Below are positions 18,431 to 29,118 of a DNA stretch of 64,000 nt, one piece after another. Source of the stretch: Halomonas sp. 54_146. Its GTDB lineage: Bacteria; Pseudomonadota; Gammaproteobacteria; Pseudomonadales; Halomonadaceae. The translations under genes and the position numbers were made by a program. Each line of letters begins with the position of its first letter. Within the stretch, counting starts at the first letter, position 1. The stretch is taken from assembly GCA_001507855.1 (NCBI GenBank), contig LGEN01000009.1, positions 10,621 through 74,620 on the forward strand. Reading direction: 5' to 3'. Under the pieces are notes generated by a model, which was given only the letters and a program-made list of their open reading frames with translations, was not told the origin of the DNA and made no database searches.

Positions 18431-19774
18431 TTATAAGAGTCCGGTAATGAACACCGCGATAACCCCAGCGGGCGCTACATAGCGCGCGATGATGTTCCAC
18501 ATATTCTTGCCGGTTGCTGAAAGCCCAAGTTCAGCTTCCACGCTTTCGCGCTTCAAGCACCACCCTACAAACACAATCGCCCCCAGACCCGTTAACGGCA
18601 GCATTATTTTGCTGGTAAAGGTATCCAGTAGGTCGAAAATATTCAGGCCGAAGAACAGTACCTCAGACCACACGTTAAACGACAGCAGCGCTGCAACACC
18701 CAGTAACCACACCCCAATACCGCTGGCGAGCGTTGCGGTTACCCGCGTCATCGTGGTGCGTTCTTCAAGCATTTCCACGGTGGGTTCCAGCAAAGAAATG
18801 GCTGATGTTAGCGCGGCGAAGGTAAGCAGCAGGAAGAAAATCAGCCCCAGAATGGTGCCGCCTGCCATGTTGCCGAATGCCAGCGGCAGGGTAACGAAAA
18901 TCAAGCCGGGCCCTTCACCGGCACTCAAGCCGTTGGCGAAGACAATCGGGAAGATGGCCAAACCGGCCAATAGCGCGATCACGGTATCCAGAATGATCAC
19001 CGTGCGGGCGGTGCTGATCAGGTTAACGTCTTCTCCCAGGTAAGAGCCGTAAGCCATCATAATGCCCATGCCCAGTGAAAGCGTGAAGAAGGCTTGACCC
19101 ATGGCGGCTAACACCACCCCGCCGTTAAGCGCGCTCCAGTCAGGGCGGAACATAAAGGCTAACGCTTCGCCAAAATAGCCGCTAGCGACGCCGTAACCTA
19201 CCAGTATCAGCATTAGTATGATCAGCGCAGGCATTAGCAAGCGCGCCGCACTTTCCAGCCCTTTGGTAACCCCGCGTGCCACAATGCCGACGACCAGCGC
19301 CATAAAGGCGGTGTGCCAGAGCAGCAACGTGGTGGGGCTACCCAGCATGCCGCCAAACAAGCCGCTGATGCCGTCGGCGTCTTGGCCATTAAAGGTGCCA
19401 AGCACCGAGCTTAAGGTGTAGTTCAGCGACCAGCCGCCGATCACGCTGTAAAACGACAGAATCAAAAACGCCGCTAACACACCGCTCGCGCCGATCAGCG
19501 CCCACGCCTTGGACTTACCGTGGTTAGCGGCCAGTTCGGCCATGGTGTTAATGGGGTTTTTCTGGCCTCGGCGGCCAATCATCCACTCCGCCACCAGAAT
19601 AGGCAGCCCCACCAGCGTCACACAGGCGAGATAGACCAGTACGAAAGCCGCGCCGCCGCTGTCGCCCACCATATAAGAAAAACGCCAAATATTACCTAGC
19701 CCAACCGCTGAACCAGCGGCGGCCAGCACAAAAGTCATCCGCGATGACCACTGTGCATGCGCAAGTTTTGCCAT
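18431..19774 (-). CDS. Sodium-dependent transporter (NSS/SNF family)
   Basis: AAAGSAVGLGNIWRF, GQAFFTLSLGMG, GEGPGLIFVTLP, ALTSAISLLE. Confidence 0.95.
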   Translation of the reverse strand: MAKLAHAQWSSRMTFVLAAAGSAVGLGNIWRFSYMVGDSGGAAFVLVYLACVTLVGLPILVAEWMIGRRGQKNPINTMAELAANHGKSKAWALIGASGVLAAFLILSFYSVIGGWSLNYTLSSVLGTFNGQDADGISGLFGGMLGSPTTLLLWHTAFMALVVGIVARGVTKGLESAARLLMPALIILMLILVGYGVASGYFGEALAFMFRPDWSALNGGVVLAAMGQAFFTLSLGMGIMMAYGSYLGEDVNLISTARTVIILDTVIALLAGLAIFPIVFANGLSAGEGPGLIFVTLPLAFGNMAGGTILGLIFFLLLTFAALTSAISLLEPTVEMLEERTTMTRVTATLASGIGVWLLGVAALLSFNVWSEVLFFGLNIFDLLDTFTSKIMLPLTGLGAIVFVGWCLKRESVEAELGLSATGKNMWNIIARYVAPAGVIAVFITGLL

Positions 19775-19928
19775 GACACACCTTCTTTTAATCAGTTGTA
19801 ATGAGTTTTTCGGTGCGATACACCGTTTTTTCGGAAAAATGAGTCGTTGTTAGCACCTTTTTCCGAAAGTAAGCGCAATTTATCTGATCAATAGGCTGCA
19901 TGCCAGTTAGCTCACCTAAAAAGGTGGG

Positions 19929-20783
19929 CTAAAACAGCTGGCTTTGCTTTTCACCGGCGAAGGGTGCAAGAGGGGGTAGCGGTGTCTGTTCTCCCAGCGC
20001 GTTATAGAGTAAACGGGCCATGTGAGGAGGCTCCCGATTATCAGCAGTATGCACAAATAAGAAAGGGGTTTTCCCCTGACTTATCCACAGTTTTAGACGG
20101 GCTTTCCAAGCAGTGAAGTAGTTGCTGTTAATCGTTTTGTCAATATGGCCAATGAAGCGAATTACCGGATAATTTGCCGTGGAAAGCACGTGTAGCGGCA
20201 GTTTCGGCTTTTCTTGCTGTGCATGAGCAAGGCCTGCATGACCATTTGCTGGAGTTGAAAAGACCGGACGGACATCAAGCATCACACGATTGGCCGAATA
20301 AGTTATCAACAGGCGGTTAAGTGCCCTCTCGGCGGCTCCCTTGTGGAAAAACTCAGGGTGGCGCACCTCTACCGCGCAGGGCAGGTGTGAAGGCCATTGG
20401 GCGAGCAATGCTTCTAGTTTGGGCAGCTCCTGGGGGCCAAAATCTCGCGGCAGCTGCACCATGGTGGGGCCAAGGCGGTCATGCAGCGGTTCTAACGCTG
20501 CTAAAAATGCCCAGGCATCCTCTAAGCGGGTTAAACGCTGGTTGTGGGTAACGCTTGAGGGCAGCTTAAAGCAAAAACGAAAATACGCCGGTGCCTGGCG
20601 CGCCCAGGCGGCAATGGTCTCGGGCTTAGGTGCGCCGCTATAAAAGGTGGTGTTGCCCTCCACGCTTGAAAAAACCGCCGCATAGTCACTTAACAGGTCG
20701 GTTTTGGCGTGGCGCGGGTACAGGCTACCCTGCCAATCCTGATTGGCCCACATGGGCAAGCCTACATAAAGCGGAAGCGTCAT
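19929..20783 (-). CDS. DUF72 family protein (YecE-like)
   Basis: YVGLPMWAN, SVEGNTTFY, FRFCFKLP, AVEVRHPEFF, PFLFVHTADN. Confidence 0.85.
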   Translation of the reverse strand: MTLPLYVGLPMWANQDWQGSLYPRHAKTDLLSDYAAVFSSVEGNTTFYSGAPKPETIAAWARQAPAYFRFCFKLPSSVTHNQRLTRLEDAWAFLAALEPLHDRLGPTMVQLPRDFGPQELPKLEALLAQWPSHLPCAVEVRHPEFFHKGAAERALNRLLITYSANRVMLDVRPVFSTPANGHAGLAHAQQEKPKLPLHVLSTANYPVIRFIGHIDKTINSNYFTAWKARLKLWISQGKTPFLFVHTADNREPPHMARLLYNALGEQTPLPPLAPFAGEKQSQLF

Positions 20784-20861
20784 AAGGGGTGAATCTGCAT
20801 AAGCAAGGCCTTCGTGGGTATTAAGTTAGTACCAAACGATATAGTGACGAACTTGGAAAAA

Positions 20862-20875
20862 TTGATCTATATCAA
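20862..20875 (+). promoter_or_regulatory. FNR/ANR box upstream of the nap operon
   Basis: Perfect TTGAT-CTAT-ATCAA 90 bp upstream of the napE ATG. Confidence 0.85.
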
Positions 20876-20964
20876 GTGACAAATAAGGCTTAATTACTAC
20901 GCTTTATAGATAACTACTTTAATACACATCTACAGCGGTGTGTTCTTCCCCTGTGGAGTTATCT

Positions 20965-21147
20965 ATGTCAAAAAAATCTCATCCAATAATAGAAGAGGAA
21001 GCGCCCCTCAAGCGTCAAGAACGAGGGCTTTTTCTGTTTATTGTCGTGTTGCTCTTTCCCATTTTGGCCGTAGCGGTGGTAGGGGGCTATGGCTTTTTGG
21101 TGTGGATGTATCAAATGTTTGCAGGCCCCCCTGGCCCGCCGCTATAG
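20965..21147 (+). CDS. napE: Periplasmic nitrate reductase protein NapE
   Basis: 60 aa; E..LFLFIVVLLFPILAVAVVGGYGFLVWMYQMFAGPPGPP. Confidence 0.9.
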   Translation: MSKKSHPIIEEEAPLKRQERGLFLFIVVLLFPILAVAVVGGYGFLVWMYQMFAGPPGPPL

Positions 21148-21229
21148 CAGTGTCACAAGCTTCTATCTGATCACTTTAAAGGTGTTAACCGCTGCTAAAT
21201 AAAGTGGTTAACATTTTTTTAACGCAGGA

Positions 21230-21751
21230 ATGCTCATGACGCGCACGGATAACAATAATAATCGGCGCAATCTTTTTCGCCGCTTGTCAGGGCGTGATGA
21301 TGTGCGTCGGCCGCCCTGGAGCAGAGCTTCCTTTCTCGACCTGTGCACCGGCTGCAACGCCTGTATTGATGCGTGCTCGGAAGGCATTTTGAGCCGCGGT
21401 GGCGGTGGCTACCCTGAACTTAGTTTTGCCCAAGAGGGCTGCTCGCTGTGTGGTGATTGCGCCACGGTATGCGAGCCACAGGCGATACAGCCAGCCGGTA
21501 GCATTAGTGATGCTTTTCCTTGGCACGCCGAAGTGCAGCCGCACTGCTTGGCACTGGCCGGCATTCATTGCCAAAGCTGCCAGGACGCCTGTGAATGGAG
21601 CGCAATCCGCTTTCCGCTGAAACCCGGTGGCCGGCCGCCGCAACCCGATATTCATCTAGAAAGCTGCACCGGCTGCGGTGCCTGCTACTCCGCCTGCCCT
21701 AATCAGGCGATTTCACTATTAACAAAAGAAAAAGATACCGCTTATGTCTGA
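21230..21751 (+). CDS. napF: Ferredoxin-type protein NapF
   Basis: RPPW; repeated CxxCxxCxxxC 4Fe-4S motifs. Confidence 0.92.
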   Translation: MLMTRTDNNNNRRNLFRRLSGRDDVRRPPWSRASFLDLCTGCNACIDACSEGILSRGGGGYPELSFAQEGCSLCGDCATVCEPQAIQPAGSISDAFPWHAEVQPHCLALAGIHCQSCQDACEWSAIRFPLKPGGRPPQPDIHLESCTGCGACYSACPNQAISLLTKEKDTAYV

Positions 21752-22031
21752 TCAACTGCTGCACATTATTAGCTTTATCGTTCATGTGCGGCCCGACGCG
21801 CTGACACAGACGACGGCGTGGATTACCCAAAATACCGTTGGGGAAGTAAGGGGCGAAGACGCGGCCGGAAAGCTTGTGGTGGTCGCTGAACATACCGACG
21901 AACAACAGCTATTGGCTGTAATGGATCAGGTACGCGAGCAGCCTGGCGTCATTGACGCTGCGTTTGTTTATCACGAAGTTGTCAATGCCCAGGCAGCAGA
22001 TGAGCCGCACGTACAGGAGGGGGAACAATGA
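21744..22031 (+). CDS. napD: NapA chaperone NapD
   Basis: [30 protein letters not shown]. Confidence 0.9.
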   Translation: MSDQLLHIISFIVHVRPDALTQTTAWITQNTVGEVRGEDAAGKLVVVAEHTDEQQLLAVMDQVREQPGVIDAAFVYHEVVNAQAADEPHVQEGEQ

Positions 22032-24532
22032 AACTAACACGCCGAGAATTTGTAAAGGCGAATGCCGCGGCGGTGGCTGCTGCCACGGCAGGGATGTCGA
22101 TTCCCGCAGGCGCCAGCAATCTCATTACCCATGCGGATATGAACCGCCTGCAGTGGGATAAAGCCCCGTGCCGCTTTTGTGGTACCGGCTGCAGCGTCAT
22201 GGTAGGCACCTATGAAGGCCAAATCGTGGCGACCCACGGCGACAACCAGTCCGAAGTTAACCGGGGGCTTAACTGCGTTAAAGGCTACTTTCTTTCCAAA
22301 ATTCTTTACGGAGAGGATCGCTTAACCCAGCCGCTGCTGCGTAAGCGCAACGGCCAATACGCGAAAGATGGCGATTTCGAGCCGGTCTCCTGGGATGAAG
22401 CGCTCGACCTTATGGCGGAAAAATTCACCAGCGCCATTCGTGAACATGGCCCAGAGAGCGTCGCGCTGTTTGGCTCTGGCCAGTGGACGATCTGGGAAGG
22501 CTACGCGGCCAGCAAGCTATTTAAAGCCGGGCTGCGCTCGAACAATATCGACCCCAACGCCCGCCACTGTATGGCTTCGGCGGTGTATGGTTTTATGCGC
22601 ACTTTCGGCTCGGATGAGCCCATGGGCGTGTATGACGATATCGAACACGCAGATGCCTTTGTGCTGTGGGGCTCTAACATGGCCGAGATGCACCCGGTGC
22701 TCTGGACCCGCGTTACCGACCGGCGGCTTTCCTTCCCAGACACAAAGGTCGCCGTGCTGTCGACCTTCGAGCATCGCAGCTTTGAGTTGGCCGATATACC
22801 CATGGTCATGTCGCCTCATGCGGATATCGTGATCCTTAACTACATCGCCAACCATATTATTCAGACCGGCCGGGTAAATCAGTCATTCGTCGATAAGCAC
22901 GTCAACTTCGCCCGGGGTGCTGATGACATCGGCTACGGCCTGCGCGACGAGCACCCGCTGCAACAGGCAGCGGAGAACGCCGATGATGCCAACAGCTGGA
23001 CGGACATGAGCTTTGAAGCGTTCGCGGACTATGTCGCGCCCTACACCTTAGAGCGGGCAGCGCGGGAATCCGGCGTCTCTGAAAACCATCTTGAGGCGCT
23101 GGCAGAACTGTATGCCGACCCCGATAAAAAGGTGATGACCTTCTGGACCATGGGGGTTAATCAGCATACCCGCGGGGTATGGGTTAATAACCTGATTTAT
23201 AACCTCCACCTGCTGACCGGCAAAATTTCCGAGCCGGGTAACAGTCCTTTCTCGCTCACCGGCCAGCCTTCTGCCTGCGGCACGGCGCGGGAAGTGGGCA
23301 CCTTCGCCCACCGCCTGCCCGCCGACCGCGTGGTTACTAATCCTGACCATCGCCGCGATGCGGAGAAAATCTGGAAGCTGCCCGAAGGCACCATTCCTTC
23401 ATGGGTGGGCTTTGACGCAGTGGCCCAAAGCCGCCGCCTTAAAGACGGTGACATCAAGGTTTACTGGACCCAGGTGACGAATAATATGCAGGCGGGTGCC
23501 AACGTCATGCAGGAAATTCTGCCCGGCTGGCGTAACCCTGAAGCCTTTGTGGTGGTCTCTGACATCTACCCCACGGTTTCAGCCCAGTCGGCGGATTTGA
23601 TTTTGCCCGCCGCATCCTGGGTAGAAAAAGAAGGGGCTTTTGGTAACTCCGAGCGGCGCACCCAGTTTTTCCATCAGCTGGTCAATGCCCCCGGCGAGGC
23701 GCGTTCAGACTTATGGCAGACCGTGGCGCTTTCCCAGCGCATCCGCGTGGCTGACGTATGGCCCGAGGAGTTGTTGGCAGCCGCCCCGGAAATGCGCGAC
23801 AAAACCCTGTTTGATTTACTGTTCGCCAATGGCCAGGTTGACCAGTTCCCCACCTCCGACATGGAAGAGGGCTACGCCAACGCCGAGGCAGACGATTTCG
23901 GCTTCTATATCCAAAAAGGGTTGTTTGAAGAGTACGCCCGCTTTGGCCGCGGCAAAGGCAAGGATTTGGATAACTTTGATGCGTACCACGCCAGCCGTGG
24001 CAAGCGCTGGCCGGTGGTGGATGGCCAGGAAACCCTATGGCGCTACCGAGAGGGGCTTGACCCCTATGTAGAGCCAGGCAGCGGCTGGCAGTTCTACGGT
24101 AAGCCCGATAATCGCGCGTTAATTTTCGCCGTACCGGCCGAGCCACCCCCCGAGGCACCTGACGCCGATTTCCCTTATTGGCTCTGCACCGGGCGCGTGT
24201 TGGAGCATTGGCACACCGGCTCCATGACCCGCCGCGTGCCGGAGCTGCACCGGGCAGTGCCTGCCGCGCTGTTGTATATGCACCCAGAAGATGCCCGAGC
24301 CGAAGGGTTCCGGCGGGGAAGCGAGGTTAAAGTGGCCAGCCGGCGTGGCGATGTGAACCTGCGGGTAGAAACCCGTGGGCGGGTTAAACCGCCCCGCGGC
24401 TTGGTGTACGTGCCCTTTTTTGATGCCTCCTACTTGATCAATAAGGTCACGCTGGATGCAACTGATCCCATTTCCAAACAGACCGATTTCAAGAAGTGCG
24501 CGGTGCGCCTTGATCTCGTTAATCTGGCGTAA
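22028..24532 (+). CDS. napA: Periplasmic nitrate reductase catalytic subunit
   Basis: Tat TRREFVK; [10 protein letters not shown]...NCVKG; NARHCMAS; C-terminal TDFKKCAV. Confidence 0.98.
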   Translation: MKLTRREFVKANAAAVAAATAGMSIPAGASNLITHADMNRLQWDKAPCRFCGTGCSVMVGTYEGQIVATHGDNQSEVNRGLNCVKGYFLSKILYGEDRLTQPLLRKRNGQYAKDGDFEPVSWDEALDLMAEKFTSAIREHGPESVALFGSGQWTIWEGYAASKLFKAGLRSNNIDPNARHCMASAVYGFMRTFGSDEPMGVYDDIEHADAFVLWGSNMAEMHPVLWTRVTDRRLSFPDTKVAVLSTFEHRSFELADIPMVMSPHADIVILNYIANHIIQTGRVNQSFVDKHVNFARGADDIGYGLRDEHPLQQAAENADDANSWTDMSFEAFADYVAPYTLERAARESGVSENHLEALAELYADPDKKVMTFWTMGVNQHTRGVWVNNLIYNLHLLTGKISEPGNSPFSLTGQPSACGTAREVGTFAHRLPADRVVTNPDHRRDAEKIWKLPEGTIPSWVGFDAVAQSRRLKDGDIKVYWTQVTNNMQAGANVMQEILPGWRNPEAFVVVSDIYPTVSAQSADLILPAASWVEKEGAFGNSERRTQFFHQLVNAPGEARSDLWQTVALSQRIRVADVWPEELLAAAPEMRDKTLFDLLFANGQVDQFPTSDMEEGYANAEADDFGFYIQKGLFEEYARFGRGKGKDLDNFDAYHASRGKRWPVVDGQETLWRYREGLDPYVEPGSGWQFYGKPDNRALIFAVPAEPPPEAPDADFPYWLCTGRVLEHWHTGSMTRRVPELHRAVPAALLYMHPEDARAEGFRRGSEVKVASRRGDVNLRVETRGRVKPPRGLVYVPFFDASYLINKVTLDATDPISKQTDFKKCAVRLDLVNLA

Positions 24533-24552
24533 ACAGACTAAGGAGAACAATC

Positions 24553-25038
24553 ATGAAATGGCTTTTTCCTCTCTGTTTATTCATGGCTTTGCTGGGAAGC
24601 ACGGTCAGTGCAGATGAAACACGCGATGCCTCGGCACCGGATGGCTTACGCCCTGGTGGCACCATTAGCCAGACCCAGCCCGCAGCACCTATCGCCGGCG
24701 AGCCGCGGGACAGCGGCCGTGAAGTGCGCAATTACCCAGAGCAACCGCCGGTGATTCCGCACTCAATTCGCGATTATCAAGTCGATATGCGCGTTAACCA
24801 GTGCTTAAACTGCCATAGCCGTGAACAGGCCGTCAGTGCGGGCGCGCCTATGGTGAGCATTACCCACTTTATGGATCGCCATAAGCAGGTGTTGGCCGCC
24901 GTATCGCCGGACCGTTACTTCTGCACCCAGTGCCACGTGCCTAAAACCGATGCTGAACCGCTGGTTCCCAATCGCTTTCAGTCCGTGGAAGAGGTAATGA
25001 CCGAGGCGCTACGTGAGCGCCAGGAGGGTGGGCAATGA
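24553..25038 (+). CDS. napB: Diheme cytochrome c NapB
   Basis: PEQPPVIPH; CLNCH and CTQCH. Confidence 0.95.
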   Translation: MKWLFPLCLFMALLGSTVSADETRDASAPDGLRPGGTISQTQPAAPIAGEPRDSGREVRNYPEQPPVIPHSIRDYQVDMRVNQCLNCHSREQAVSAGAPMVSITHFMDRHKQVLAAVSPDRYFCTQCHVPKTDAEPLVPNRFQSVEEVMTEALRERQEGGQ

Positions 25039-25697
25039 AACGCTTTTTCACCCGCTACTGGCGTATTTTAAGCCGCTCGAGTGTTCACTACAGCCTAGGG
25101 TTTTTAACCCTAGGCGGTTTTATCGCCGGCATTATCTTCTGGGGCGGTTTTAACACGGCCATGGAAGTAACCAACACCGAGCAGTTTTGCACCTCCTGCC
25201 ACGAAATGGAGCGCAACCCAATGCAGGAACTCAAAACCACCATTCACTACTCCAACCGTTCTGGAGTGCGGGCGACCTGCTCAGATTGCCACGTTCCCCA
25301 CAGCTGGACGCATAAAGTGGCGCGCAAAATGGAGGCCTCTAAAGAAGTATGGGGCTGGGTATTTGGCTCTATTCGCACCGAAGAGCAGTTTGAGGCAAAG
25401 CGCCGCCAGCTTGCCGAACGTGAATGGTCGCGGCTACAGGCCAATGACTCGCTAGAGTGCCGTAACTGCCACGAATTTGACTCGATGGATTTTACCCAGC
25501 AAAGCACGCGTGCTGCCCGTGCCCACTCCACCAACCTTGCTTCGGGTGAGTCGACCTGTATCGATTGCCACAAAGGCATCGCCCACGAGCTGCCGGATAT
25601 GAGCCCCCATATAGGTGCCGCCACGTTAGGCATGTCTGATATCGTTTCCTGGGCTGCGCATTTAGAGCTAGAAAGCGGTGTCTACGCCGAGCAGTAG
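25035..25697 (+). CDS. napC: Tetraheme cytochrome c NapC
   Basis: CTSCH, CSDCH, CRNCH, CIDCH; N-terminal TM helix. Confidence 0.95.
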   Translation: MKRFFTRYWRILSRSSVHYSLGFLTLGGFIAGIIFWGGFNTAMEVTNTEQFCTSCHEMERNPMQELKTTIHYSNRSGVRATCSDCHVPHSWTHKVARKMEASKEVWGWVFGSIRTEEQFEAKRRQLAEREWSRLQANDSLECRNCHEFDSMDFTQQSTRAARAHSTNLASGESTCIDCHKGIAHELPDMSPHIGAATLGMSDIVSWAAHLELESGVYAEQ

Positions 25698-25817
25698 CGG
25701 CTTTTTACCCAGCGCCAGCACGCCTCGCTTGAACGGGCGCTGGCGCAGTGCGCGGGTTAAGTGATAGAACAGGCAGTATCGTTAATTCATACGCCAACGT
25801 GCTGGGTGGAAAAGAGA

Positions 25818-26261
25818 ATGAGTCAGGGAAAAGTAGTGGTGCTTCATGGCCCCAACCTAAATTTGCTGGGCACTCGCCAGCCCGAAATATACGGGTACGA
25901 AACGTTAGACGACGTGAATAACATGCTGCGAGAGAAAGCAGTAATGGCAGATTGGGACATCACCTGCTTTCAAAGTAATCATGAAGGCGCTTTGATTGAT
26001 GCTATTCACGCCGCCCGCCTTGATGGCACCCAAGCGATTATTATCAACCCAGCTGCCTATACGCATACCTCAGTGGCGATTCTTGATGCCCTCAATGCCT
26101 TTGATGGCAAAGTGATTGAAGTGCACTTATCGAATGTTCACAAGCGCGAAGCTTTTCGCCATCACTCCTACGTCTCGCTGCGCGCTGATGGCGTGATTGC
26201 TGGGTTGGGGTCGCAAGGGTATCGGGCGGCGCTAGACGCCGTGATGGCAGGCTCTTATTAA
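25818..26261 (+). CDS. aroQ: Type II 3-dehydroquinate dehydratase
   Basis: [58 protein letters not shown]. Confidence 0.95.
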   Translation: MSQGKVVVLHGPNLNLLGTRQPEIYGYETLDDVNNMLREKAVMADWDITCFQSNHEGALIDAIHAARLDGTQAIIINPAAYTHTSVAILDALNAFDGKVIEVHLSNVHKREAFRHHSYVSLRADGVIAGLGSQGYRAALDAVMAGSY

Positions 26262-26298
26262 TAGGCTTTTATTAACAGGCTTTTAATAACAGAACCTA
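26257..26298. repeat. 14-bp stop-codon echo repeat after aroQ
   Basis: ATTAATAGGCTTTT, ATTAACAGGCTTTT, AATAACAGAACCTA. Confidence 0.7.
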
Positions 26299-27075
26299 AT
26301 TAACATGCGAGCGTATTTGAGCCACTTTGTTTTGCAACACAGGTAGGTACACGTTAATCAACGTATCGAGACTGACCCGAGCAGCGTTAGTGCTGATGTT
26401 AATCGCGCCCATTAACTGCTGCTTGGCGTCATAAACAGGAACGGCAATGGAGCGTAAGCCAGAATCAAGTTCCTGATCAGAAATCGCGTAGCCTTGCTGC
26501 TTTGCGTTCATGATCTGATGGCGTAACTCATTAACGTCTGTCACCGTTTTATCGGTATAGGGCGCTAAGGCCACCGTGGAGAGGAAGTGCTCAATATCCG
26601 TATCGCTGAGTTGCGCCAACAGCATACGCCCCATGGAGGTATGCGCCGCTGGCAGCCGGGTGCCGACGGATAGCGTAATGGCCATTAAGCGATGTTTCGC
26701 TGCAGAGCGCGCGACATAAATGACATCCTTACCATCCAGCACGCCAAGCGAAGAAGACTCCCCTGTTTCAGCGGTAATATCTTCTAAATGCTGCTGAATA
26801 ACATCCCGATAGTTATTAGCCGATAAAAAGGCATAGCCGAGCTGAAGAACCCGAGGTGCTAATTCAAAGTAGCGCTGCTGCTTACGCACGTACCCCAGTG
26901 CATGCAGCGTGAGCAAAAAACGCCTAGCTTTCGCTCTATTCATGCCGGTGCGCGTGGCCACTTCGCTTAGCGTCATGCGTGGATGCTCAGCGTCAAATGC
27001 CTGTATAACCTCCAAGCCGCTAGCAAGCGCTGTTACAAAATCACGGCTATCTTCACTCAGCATGTCTTCCTGCAT
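26296..27075 (-). CDS. pcaR: IclR family regulator, PcaR/PcaU/PobR type
   Basis: DFVTALASGLEVI...RRFLLTLHALGYV; LSVGTRLPAAHTSMGRMLLA; DQELDSGLRSIAVPV. Confidence 0.8.
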   Translation of the reverse strand: MQEDMLSEDSRDFVTALASGLEVIQAFDAEHPRMTLSEVATRTGMNRAKARRFLLTLHALGYVRKQQRYFELAPRVLQLGYAFLSANNYRDVIQQHLEDITAETGESSSLGVLDGKDVIYVARSAAKHRLMAITLSVGTRLPAAHTSMGRMLLAQLSDTDIEHFLSTVALAPYTDKTVTDVNELRHQIMNAKQQGYAISDQELDSGLRSIAVPVYDAKQQLMGAINISTNAARVSLDTLINVYLPVLQNKVAQIRSHVN

Positions 27076-27126
27076 TTTTTACTGTCCGTTGTCTTAAAGG
27101 CTGAGATAAAAGATTAACGTAAAAAA

Positions 27127-27141
27127 GTTCGCAATGCGAAC
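27127..27141. promoter_or_regulatory. PcaR-type operator (autoregulatory)
   Basis: GTTCG-CAATG-CGAAC about 50 bp upstream of the IclR start. Confidence 0.75.
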
Positions 27142-27219
27142 TAGTGTGCTTGGCAGTGGATCGACAAGCTCAGTGCTGTTTTTCAGTGCTGTTTCTTAGC
27201 GCTATGCCTTGTTAGCTGA

Positions 27220-28164
27220 CTATCTCAGCCCCAGCAGCGTCATCAGCCAGATGACCAGGCTAAGCGTGAAGAAAGAGGCAACGGTGGCTATCAGCATGGC
27301 AGCAGCGCTAATGCCCCCTAGCCCATAGCGCTGGCCGAACAGCGGGTAAATGCTGATCATCGGCGAGGCAGCGAATAGCACCGCGCCCACCATGTAAAGT
27401 GGGTCAATGCCTGGGGTCAGATAAAAAGCGATAAAAATAATCAAAGGGTGAATCAGAAGTTTACCGATAACAATCTGGCCAACATCCCTGGCCATGCCTT
27501 TCACCTGTAAGCCAAACAGTGCGCCGCCGATCACGAACAGCGCCGCTGGGCCGGCTGCTTCGGCCAGCATATCGATCGCTTTAAACAGCGGCGCGGGAAG
27601 CTGAATGCCGGTAACGGCTAAGAAAATGCCGACCAATAAGCCGACTAACACCGGGTTTTTGATGAGGTTAAGGGCGGTCTGTTTAACCGTTTTCCATAAG
27701 CTGGAGCCTTGTTGGCTGCCCATTTCAGCAAGAATGAGCGCCATAGGAATAATAATCAGCGTCTCAATCACCATGTTCAGCGCCAACAGCACCGCCGCCG
27801 GCGAGCCAATCACCATTGCCGCGACTGGGTAGCCAACAAAGCCACTGTTAGCGGCCGCCATGCCCAGCGCCTGCATGGCGCTGGTATTAAGCGGCTGGCG
27901 CTGTAGCTTCAAGCAAAGCAGTAGCCCGGCACCGAACACTGCGATAGACCCCAGGCCGTAGGCAATTAGATAGTTGAGCTTAAAAATCTCTTCCAAAGGC
28001 TGCTGGGTTAAGGCGCGAATCACCAGCGCGGGCAGCGCGCAATACATCACAAACACACCCACACCCTGCATCTGCTCGCGTTGGATAATGCCGCTCCACC
28101 TCACGACGTACCCCAAACCGATGAGTAGGAAGATAGGGGTGGTAATACTAAGAATAGCGAGCAT
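27220..28164 (-). CDS. AEC (auxin efflux carrier) family transporter
   Basis: NSGFVGYPVA, IKNPVLVG, AAGPAALFVIG, KLLIHP; about 10 TM helices. Confidence 0.85.
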   Translation of the reverse strand: MLAILSITTPIFLLIGLGYVVRWSGIIQREQMQGVGVFVMYCALPALVIRALTQQPLEEIFKLNYLIAYGLGSIAVFGAGLLLCLKLQRQPLNTSAMQALGMAAANSGFVGYPVAAMVIGSPAAVLLALNMVIETLIIIPMALILAEMGSQQGSSLWKTVKQTALNLIKNPVLVGLLVGIFLAVTGIQLPAPLFKAIDMLAEAAGPAALFVIGGALFGLQVKGMARDVGQIVIGKLLIHPLIIFIAFYLTPGIDPLYMVGAVLFAASPMISIYPLFGQRYGLGGISAAAMLIATVASFFTLSLVIWLMTLLGLR

Positions 28165-28239
28165 CGCGGCCTCGTTAGCTCATAGAGACAGGTTCGGGTG
28201 TGTTCGTTGAGCGAATAAGTGTACGTTATTTTTAAGGCA

Positions 28240-29118
28240 TCAGGGCATGCGGTGGGCAGTGAGCGAAACCAGCTGTTCAATATAATGAGTACGCAGCGGT
28301 ATCACGTGGGCATCGATCTGTTCAGAAGCGATAGCCTCAGCGGTAAAGAAACGAAACGCATCAACGCCTTGAAATACGAAGAGATCAACACCCGAAAGCG
28401 ATTTAGCGCCCGCCTGGTGGGCGGCGTTTAAAAGCTCGGTGTGGGCGGGAATATACACCGCATCAAACACCCAGTGCTGGGGCCCCAGCCCTGCGGTATC
28501 GATGGGGCAGCCGGGGTGATTAATATGGCCGATGGGCGAGCAATTGACCACGCCCTGCCACTTAGGCAGCGCGTGTTGCGCCTGCTCCGGCGTGATGCAT
28601 TCTGCGGTTATGCCCATGGCGTTAAGGTCACGGCTGAGGCTTTCCCCGCGTGCGCTATCGCGTTCCAGAATATGAAGGCAGCTGGCGGCCAGCTGGCCTA
28701 ACGCACACGCCACCGCACGGCCCACGCCGCCAGCGCCGATCAACAGCACATCGCCCGCAGGCTGGTCACCAAACGAATGGCGATAGGCGCTGATAAAACC
28801 GGTGTAATCGGTGTTTTCAGCGCGCAGGCCACCTTCATCAAACAGCAGCGTGTTGGCGGTGCCTACTCGCTTGACGCCTTCGCCGCGAATATCGGCAAGC
28901 TGTGCGGCTTTTTCTTTAAACGGGAAAGTGACATTGGTGCCACGGTAGCCTTTCTCGCGCAGCGTTTGTATAGCGCTGGGAAAGTCAAAATCTGCCACGC
29001 CCAAGCTGTCCACCAAGTCATAACGCACCGGTAAACCGAGTGCTGCGCCTAAGCGTTCGTGTAGATCAGGAGATTGCGATTTGGCGATGCCTTCGCCTAC
29101 CAGTCCGAGTTTGATCAT
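28240..29118 (-). CDS. Quinate/shikimate 5-dehydrogenase (AroE-like paralogue)
   Basis: KSQSP, NVTFPFK, NTL...ENTDYTG, IGAGGVG, FDAVYIPAHTELL. Confidence 0.88.
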   Translation of the reverse strand: MIKLGLVGEGIAKSQSPDLHERLGAALGLPVRYDLVDSLGVADFDFPSAIQTLREKGYRGTNVTFPFKEKAAQLADIRGEGVKRVGTANTLLFDEGGLRAENTDYTGFISAYRHSFGDQPAGDVLLIGAGGVGRAVACALGQLAASCLHILERDSARGESLSRDLNAMGITAECITPEQAQHALPKWQGVVNCSPIGHINHPGCPIDTAGLGPQHWVFDAVYIPAHTELLNAAHQAGAKSLSGVDLFVFQGVDAFRFFTAEAIASEQIDAHVIPLRTHYIEQLVSLTAHRMP

